Below, piece after piece: positions 58,484 through 64,000 of a stretch of 64,000 nucleotides of DNA. The notes under the pieces are model-generated. The model worked only from the letters and a program-made list of their open reading frames with translations, made no database searches and had not been told where the DNA came from. This stretch comes from Candidatus Oxydemutatoraceae bacterium. GTDB taxonomy: Bacteria > Pseudomonadota > Gammaproteobacteria > Poriferisulfidales > Oxydemutatoraceae. Each line of letters opens with the position of its first letter. Position 1 is the stretch's first letter. A program made the translations under genes and the position numbers. The stretch covers positions 2,060,769 to 2,124,768 of the forward strand of contig OZ244779.1 in the NCBI GenBank assembly GCA_965219575.1, read 5' to 3'.

Positions 58484-58741
58484 GGGGCTATTGAAAAAGT
58501 ATTTCATAGAGTAGTAGGGGCGGACTTATATGTCCGCCCGAACACGTGTCGTGTCAGCATAAATAAAATCGTACGCCATCCAATTTATGGAAACCAAAAC
58601 CAAATGGCGCAAGCGGTTGAGTTTGTACAGAACGGTATTTTTGGGCAGACACACAGGTCTGCCCCTACGACTTTATGGTTATCATACATGTGGCGCATAG
58701 CGGTTAGATTTATGCAGTATCAATACTTTTTCAACAGCCTC
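58484..58741. mobile_element. MITE copy with two REP palindromes
   Basis: GGGGCTATTGAAAAAG ... CTTTTTCAACAGCCTC. Confidence 0.8.
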
Positions 58742-58831
58742 GGTGTGTCTGCACAGGTATAGTGCTAGTCCATTCCCTCCTGTAGAGGAACAGTTCAATG
58801 TATAATAACCGAGTAATTTCAAAGTTCGGTC

Positions 58832-59470
58832 ATGTATATTTTTTTGACTATCGCAGCAATCCTTATCTTGCTGCTGCTTATCCGTTGGATTAGGCTACAA
58901 CCTAAGGAAAATCGCTGGCGTTATTATCTGTATTTGCTGATTGCCTTGCTCGTGGGCATGGCATTAACCGGCAGATTACATTGGTTCGTCGTTGCCGGCG
59001 GAGCCGCAATACCCCTCATAATGAAGCTGTTCACCTTTCTACGCTGGACACCCTTCATATTCCGTTTATACCAAAGAATCAAGCCCGGCAGCTCCGGTCC
59101 CGGTTTGTTCGGATCGGCAAACGCTTCCCCCGAGATGGTACAGAATTTGTTGCGTCGCTTAGCCTCTCTGAACGAGCAAGAAATGCGGGTTCTGATAGAA
59201 ATTCTGAAAAAAAGGGATCCGCAAGCAGCGAGTTTTGTGGAAGCATACTTTAAGCGACAACCTCACAACCGACGACAGAGTGCCGCGCCCAAGAATATCA
59301 CAAGCAAAGAAGCCTATAAGATTTTAGGCGTTGAAGCCGGTGCGACACGCGAACAAATCATAGACGCACACCGAAAACTCATGCAAAAATTCCACCCCGA
59401 CCGCGGCGGCACACCTTATATGGCGGCGATGATCAACGATGCAAAACGCGTCCTTTTGGATCAACTATGA
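58832..59470 (+). CDS. Membrane-anchored DnaJ-domain protein
   Basis: N-terminal TM helices and a C-terminal J domain, EAYKILG..HPDRGG. Confidence 0.88.
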   Translation: MYIFLTIAAILILLLLIRWIRLQPKENRWRYYLYLLIALLVGMALTGRLHWFVVAGGAAIPLIMKLFTFLRWTPFIFRLYQRIKPGSSGPGLFGSANASPEMVQNLLRRLASLNEQEMRVLIEILKKRDPQAASFVEAYFKRQPHNRRQSAAPKNITSKEAYKILGVEAGATREQIIDAHRKLMQKFHPDRGGTPYMAAMINDAKRVLLDQL

Positions 59471-61668
59471 CACCGGTGCTCTATCTCAAACGAGCACTCG
59501 ACGGCATCGTTGCGCTTTATAAGCGAGCAAATGCCTCGAAGACCGTAGAACGAGGACCCTCTTCGACCGATTACGGCGGTATGGGTGAGCGTGAAATACA
59601 ACTGCGTTTAGAATTGTTGATAGACCTGCCGAACAAGGATTTATCCGAACTGTTTCAAACCGCAAAATCATTGACCCGTTTCGGCATGGCAGACCAACTG
59701 AGACTACTGAACGCAGCGCAAGAGCTAAGCCTCGTTTCGACCGAGATTACACACGAGTTTTGCTGCCGAGCCATAGTCGCACTAAAACATCTGGACGATA
59801 AAAACTGGCGCATATGGGTCGACGAAATTAAATCTCTGACATTAAATAAAGGTGTGTCGGATGCAATGGCTTATCTCGCACAAACCGACGATTATGTTGC
59901 GTCGCTCCGGCCCGAACCGGCCACCGTAATACTCGAGCAAGTACGCCCGGTAATAGAGTATTTGATCACCGGCTTCGGCAAAGCACGGCTCAAAATCGCT
60001 CCCGGTACGGAACTCTACACCGATACCGCAACGCTATTCTTACCCGAAAAATATACCGGCTTCGATAGCATCGATAAAAATTTCAGTTTCTATAAATTGG
60101 CAACCACCTATCTATGGGCGCAGAGCTGGTTCGGTACATGGCGTATCGACATTCCGCGACTGCTATACGAACACAACGATCCCGAGCGTGCGATAAACAT
60201 CTTCCAAGCATTGGAAACCTTACGGCTCGCACATTGCCTTGCGCGCACCCTGCCCGGCATCGTGCGATTGGAAAGTATGCTTTACGGCACACGCTGGCAA
60301 CCACCCGATACACCTGCGTGGCGTAATGCCGATACAAAACTTGCCCAAGAATATGCGCGCTCCGAAGACAGCTTAAACCTGATAAACTCGGTGTATACCG
60401 AACCCACACCCGAACTGTATCCGTGCCACGGTGTATACAAACCGGGACGGGTCTATAAGGTGATTAAAACTCGCGTCGACGATAACCAAAGGCGGCTTGC
60501 GGAAATGCTGGACAGACTACGCGAACAACTACAAAAACAAAATAAAATTTCTGCCAAAACTTCGACCCCGTTCACATTGAAGTTCTACGAACAAGCTTTG
60601 ACACCCGACGAATACGGGTTCGTACTAAACCGCGATGGCGAAGATATAGAAATTCCCGAAGACATGCTCGAATTATTCGAACAGCTAGGACAAGATTTAG
60701 GCGCAATACCCGAATCGTTATTGTCGGAATCCGCCTCGGATACCGAAGCTCCCGATCTTAGCGACGAAATCCCCGAGGTGAAAGAACACGAGGCGGCAAA
60801 GCCGATGCTACCCGAATGGGATCATGCAATTCAAAAATATCGCAAAGATTGGTGCCATATCTATATAGAATCGCTCGACGAAGGCGACTCCGACTTTGTA
60901 TCCCGAACACTCGCCGAACACTACAATATCGTCAACCGACTGCACCGCACATTCGAGGCGTTGCGCAACGACGACAAATTACTACGCAAGCAAACACACG
61001 GAGACGAAATAGATCTAGACGCCGTCGTCGAAAGTTGGGTGGATACACTGGCTATAAAAACCGAACTCAACGACAACATTTTCATCAGAACCAATAAAGA
61101 AGAACGCGATGTTGCGGTGATGTTCCTCATAGACATGAGTGCCTCTACACGCGGCTGGATCAACAGACTTGAAAAAGAAGCCTTGGTGCTGTTGTGCGAA
61201 TCTCTGGAAACCTTGGGCGACCGCTATGCAATCTACGGCTTCAACGGACACACCCGAAAGCAATGCAAGATATATCCCGTCAAAACCATCGACGAAGATT
61301 ACGGCAAAACGGTACAGGAAAAAATCGGTGCAATCAAAGCCGAATTGTATACCCGTATCGGCGCAGCGGTTCGTTATGTAGGAGAGCAACTGCAATGTAT
61401 AGAGGCTAAAACCAAAATACTCATCGTGTTATCGGACGGCAAACCCGACGATGCCGACGGCTACCGCGACAGCTACGGCATAGAAGACACCCGCAAAGCA
61501 TTGTTCGAGTTACGCGCCAACGGTATACACTCGCATTGCATTACGATCGACAAAGCGGCTATGGAATACCTACCTTATATGTACGGACACACCCGCTTCT
61601 CTATCATCAACGAAATAGAAAAACTTCCGCTCAGAATGGCAGAAATCTACCGTCAAATTACATGCTGA
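59467..61668 (+). CDS. VWA-domain protein of the CbbO/NorD family
   Basis: PEWD, GDEIDLDA, LIDMSAST (MIDAS), TRIGAAVR, LSDGKP and YGIEDTRKAL motifs. Confidence 0.85.
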   Translation: MTPVLYLKRALDGIVALYKRANASKTVERGPSSTDYGGMGEREIQLRLELLIDLPNKDLSELFQTAKSLTRFGMADQLRLLNAAQELSLVSTEITHEFCCRAIVALKHLDDKNWRIWVDEIKSLTLNKGVSDAMAYLAQTDDYVASLRPEPATVILEQVRPVIEYLITGFGKARLKIAPGTELYTDTATLFLPEKYTGFDSIDKNFSFYKLATTYLWAQSWFGTWRIDIPRLLYEHNDPERAINIFQALETLRLAHCLARTLPGIVRLESMLYGTRWQPPDTPAWRNADTKLAQEYARSEDSLNLINSVYTEPTPELYPCHGVYKPGRVYKVIKTRVDDNQRRLAEMLDRLREQLQKQNKISAKTSTPFTLKFYEQALTPDEYGFVLNRDGEDIEIPEDMLELFEQLGQDLGAIPESLLSESASDTEAPDLSDEIPEVKEHEAAKPMLPEWDHAIQKYRKDWCHIYIESLDEGDSDFVSRTLAEHYNIVNRLHRTFEALRNDDKLLRKQTHGDEIDLDAVVESWVDTLAIKTELNDNIFIRTNKEERDVAVMFLIDMSASTRGWINRLEKEALVLLCESLETLGDRYAIYGFNGHTRKQCKIYPVKTIDEDYGKTVQEKIGAIKAELYTRIGAAVRYVGEQLQCIEAKTKILIVLSDGKPDDADGYRDSYGIEDTRKALFELRANGIHSHCITIDKAAMEYLPYMYGHTRFSIINEIEKLPLRMAEIYRQITC

Positions 61669-61675
61669 AGATTGC

Positions 61676-62869
61676 ATGCCGATGACTAAGCAATTTCAAT
61701 CTCTTAGAATGACGGTCGTAGAAGATGCGGTCATACCGATAGTCAATACATTAATACGCAAACACCCTGACACGATCTCTCTGGGGCAGGGAGTGGTCTA
61801 CTATCCGCCGCCGCCCGCCGTCTCGGACGCGATTAAAAAAGTGATGTCCTGCACCGAATACCATCTCTACGGCCCGGTTGCCGGATTGGATGAACTACAA
61901 ACGGCATTGAAAGACAAACTGCAAAACAAAAATAACATCGTATTGAGCGACGAACAATGCCTGTTCATAACCGCCGGTGCGAACATGGCATTCAATGCAG
62001 TCGTACTTGCGCTGTGCGACCCGGGCGACGAGATTATCGTGTCGGCACCCTACTACTTCAACCACAAAATGACTATAGAAATGTGTAGCTGTAAAGCCGT
62101 CATCGTCGATACCGACGAAAATTATCAGCCGGTAATCGCACGCATAACGAGGGCTATCACCACCAAAACTCGTGCAATCGTCAGCATATCGCCGAATAAT
62201 CCCAGCGGATGCATATACTCGGAACAAACACTCGGCGCAATAAATGCGCTGTGCGCCGAACACCGAATTTATCATATCAGCGACGAAGCCTACGAAGATT
62301 TCACCGATGAAACGCATACACATTTCTCGCCCGGCTCGCTCCCCGATTCGGCTACGCATACTATATCGATATTCTCCTTTTCCAAAAGCTACGGTCTCGC
62401 ATCGTGGCGTGTAGGCTACATGGTAGTGCCTTACGAACTCGATGCGGCAATCCACAAAGTACAAGACAATATAATCATCTGCCCACCCACCGTGTCGCAA
62501 TTTGCCGCACTGGAGTGTCTGAAATCGGGAGCGGATTATGTCAAAGACCGGATGAAACAAATCGCCGCCAATAGAGAACTATGCAGATCGATGCTCGGAG
62601 CCCTCGCCGACAAAGGTTTAATCGAACCACCGCACATAGAGGGCGCGCTTTACGCTTTTATCACCTTGCCCGATACAGTCTGTGATATCGCGACGATAGA
62701 AAAATTGATTAACGATTTCGGCGTCGCAGTCATACCGGGCTACGCCTTCGGCATGCAATACAAAAACTGTATCAGAGTATCGTACGGTGCATTATCCACC
62801 GAACGATTGGAGGTCGGATTGACACGCTTGGCCGAAGGGTTGAGTGAAATATCAACCCAAAAACCGTAA
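61676..62869 (+). CDS. Class I/II PLP-dependent aminotransferase
   Basis: SPNNPSG, DEAY and SFSKSYGLASWRVGY motifs. Confidence 0.92.
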   Translation: MPMTKQFQSLRMTVVEDAVIPIVNTLIRKHPDTISLGQGVVYYPPPPAVSDAIKKVMSCTEYHLYGPVAGLDELQTALKDKLQNKNNIVLSDEQCLFITAGANMAFNAVVLALCDPGDEIIVSAPYYFNHKMTIEMCSCKAVIVDTDENYQPVIARITRAITTKTRAIVSISPNNPSGCIYSEQTLGAINALCAEHRIYHISDEAYEDFTDETHTHFSPGSLPDSATHTISIFSFSKSYGLASWRVGYMVVPYELDAAIHKVQDNIIICPPTVSQFAALECLKSGADYVKDRMKQIAANRELCRSMLGALADKGLIEPPHIEGALYAFITLPDTVCDIATIEKLINDFGVAVIPGYAFGMQYKNCIRVSYGALSTERLEVGLTRLAEGLSEISTQKP

Positions 62870-62964
62870 GGATGAACTATATTTCATTCTAATGTATTGA
62901 CCCTCGTATTAAGAATTGTCGGTGGCAAAAAGTAAAATAAGGCGACTGATATAAAGCTGTTGCG

Positions 62965-64000
62965 TCACAATGTCATCAGCGTGGAATAAATGTGAAAGCC
63001 GCCGATGTAGGTACCGATTGCCGACCCGATAGTGCTCAATACGAAAATCATGATAACTCTAGCTACTCTATTGTGTCGCCACCCCGACAATTTCGTAGTG
63101 TCTTTCTTGAGGGTTGCAAAATCGGAGACTCTGGGCTTTTTCAAATAAAGTTCCACCGCCGCAGCCACCACACCGACACCGATCGTAGGATTGATAGAGG
63201 TCAGCGGTGCTGCCAGAAAGACCGATACGATGGTCAAAGGGTGCGCCGCTGCGATCAAAGCACCCGTCGCTGCCAACCCCCCGTTGATTAGTATCCAGTC
63301 TATTACCAGATCGATACCTACCTGGGTCTCCTTAGAAAAACCGTAGGCAAATCCGGCAATTATCACCGACACGATTAGCCACGGTAGCAGACGAGTGAAC
63401 CTTTTTTTCTGCGGGATTTTTTCGTACTCGCTAATCGTCGCTTCCGGTTCGCTACTCGCTTGTTCAATCTCGCGCACGGTGCCCTTCAGATGTGCCGCAC
63501 CTATGATGAGTAGCATGGATTTCGGCTTATGTTCCGCTATGAATTGCCGCACCTTGGCTGCCATATAAGCGTCGCGTTCGTCGAGCAATATGTTTTTGAT
63601 GTTGCGAATTGACATCGGCAGTTGCTCGAAAATTGCCTCTAAGGTTCGCCCCTGCTTGATACGTTCTACTTCTTGGATTGAAACTTTTTCGGTATAAAAC
63701 AGGCTTGCAATCAGCGCATTGAACAACATCAGTTTTCTCCACCACGACAAACTGCCGTAGAGCCGCTTAAAAGTTAAACCGATATCACGATCGACGACAG
63801 CCAAAGATAGGTTACGTTCTTCGGCAATTCGCAACGCTTCCTTGAACTCCACACCGGGCTCCACTCCCAGTTGATCGGCGAGACGTTGCTGATAACCTCC
63901 CAATATCAATATTGCCACCACTCTAAAGACTTTGCGTTGCCGTATCACCTCACCCAAATCCATATCCAAAAAACTGTTCGGTGATACCAATGTTTTGTGG
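62965..64000 (-). CDS. TraB/GumN (pheromone-shutdown-type) family protein, 5' end outside the window
   Basis: PGVEFKEA, DRDI..T..R, ERDAYMA and GAAH motifs, with C-terminal TM segments (APLTSINP). Confidence 0.85.
   Translation of the reverse strand, partial: HKTLVSPNSFLDMDLGEVIRQRKVFRVVAILILGGYQQRLADQLGVEPGVEFKEALRIAEERNLSLAVVDRDIGLTFKRLYGSLSWWRKLMLFNALIASLFYTEKVSIQEVERIKQGRTLEAIFEQLPMSIRNIKNILLDERDAYMAAKVRQFIAEHKPKSMLLIIGAAHLKGTVREIEQASSEPEATISEYEKIPQKKRFTRLLPWLIVSVIIAGFAYGFSKETQVGIDLVIDWILINGGLAATGALIAAAHPLTIVSVFLAAPLTSINPTIGVGVVAAAVELYLKKPRVSDFATLKKDTTKLSGWRHNRVARVIMIFVLSTIGSAIGTYIGGFHIYSTLMTL

Noticed and set aside
44706-63745. Numerous antisense or nested ORFs (e.g. 47245..47826, 61895..62560)
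   Set aside because: They are shadows of well-supported genes with no recognisable motifs.

Overview
Chromosomal window of a bacterium, most likely a gammaproteobacterium, judging from the RDD-lptG-lptF-pepA-valS, rpsP-trmD-rplS, trpS-scpAB-rluB and pcnB-folK-dNK-panBC gene orders. The right half (~30.4-64 kb) is mostly housekeeping. The left half is a cell-surface accessory region with four main parts. (1) A candidate porin shufflon: three paralogous porin genes, each starting with the same 17-bp site (CTTAAGAGTAACAAACT), lie around a stand-alone tyrosine recombinase. Only one porin has a promoter, RBS and the ATG-AAA start; the other two look like silent cassettes. (2) A nest of mobile elements, each level supported by junction repeats (TSDs, or a 2-bp core for the IS110): MITE > IS1595 > MITE-ended composite carrying an rpn gene > an IS110 inserted in a REP and an IS3 inserted in rpn. 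The IS110 has a readable bridge RNA and a circle-junction promoter. (3) An expanded set of glycan-modifying genes: 8 GT25 paralogues with a hypervariable middle, 2 NodZ-like fucosyltransferases, 4 sulfotransferase-like genes (one of them at 54 kb) and 2 LPS kinases. (4) A MITE family (GGGGCTGTTGAAAAA ends) carrying GTAG REP palindromes, found throughout the window. All calls come from reading the sequence by eye; no database searches were run.
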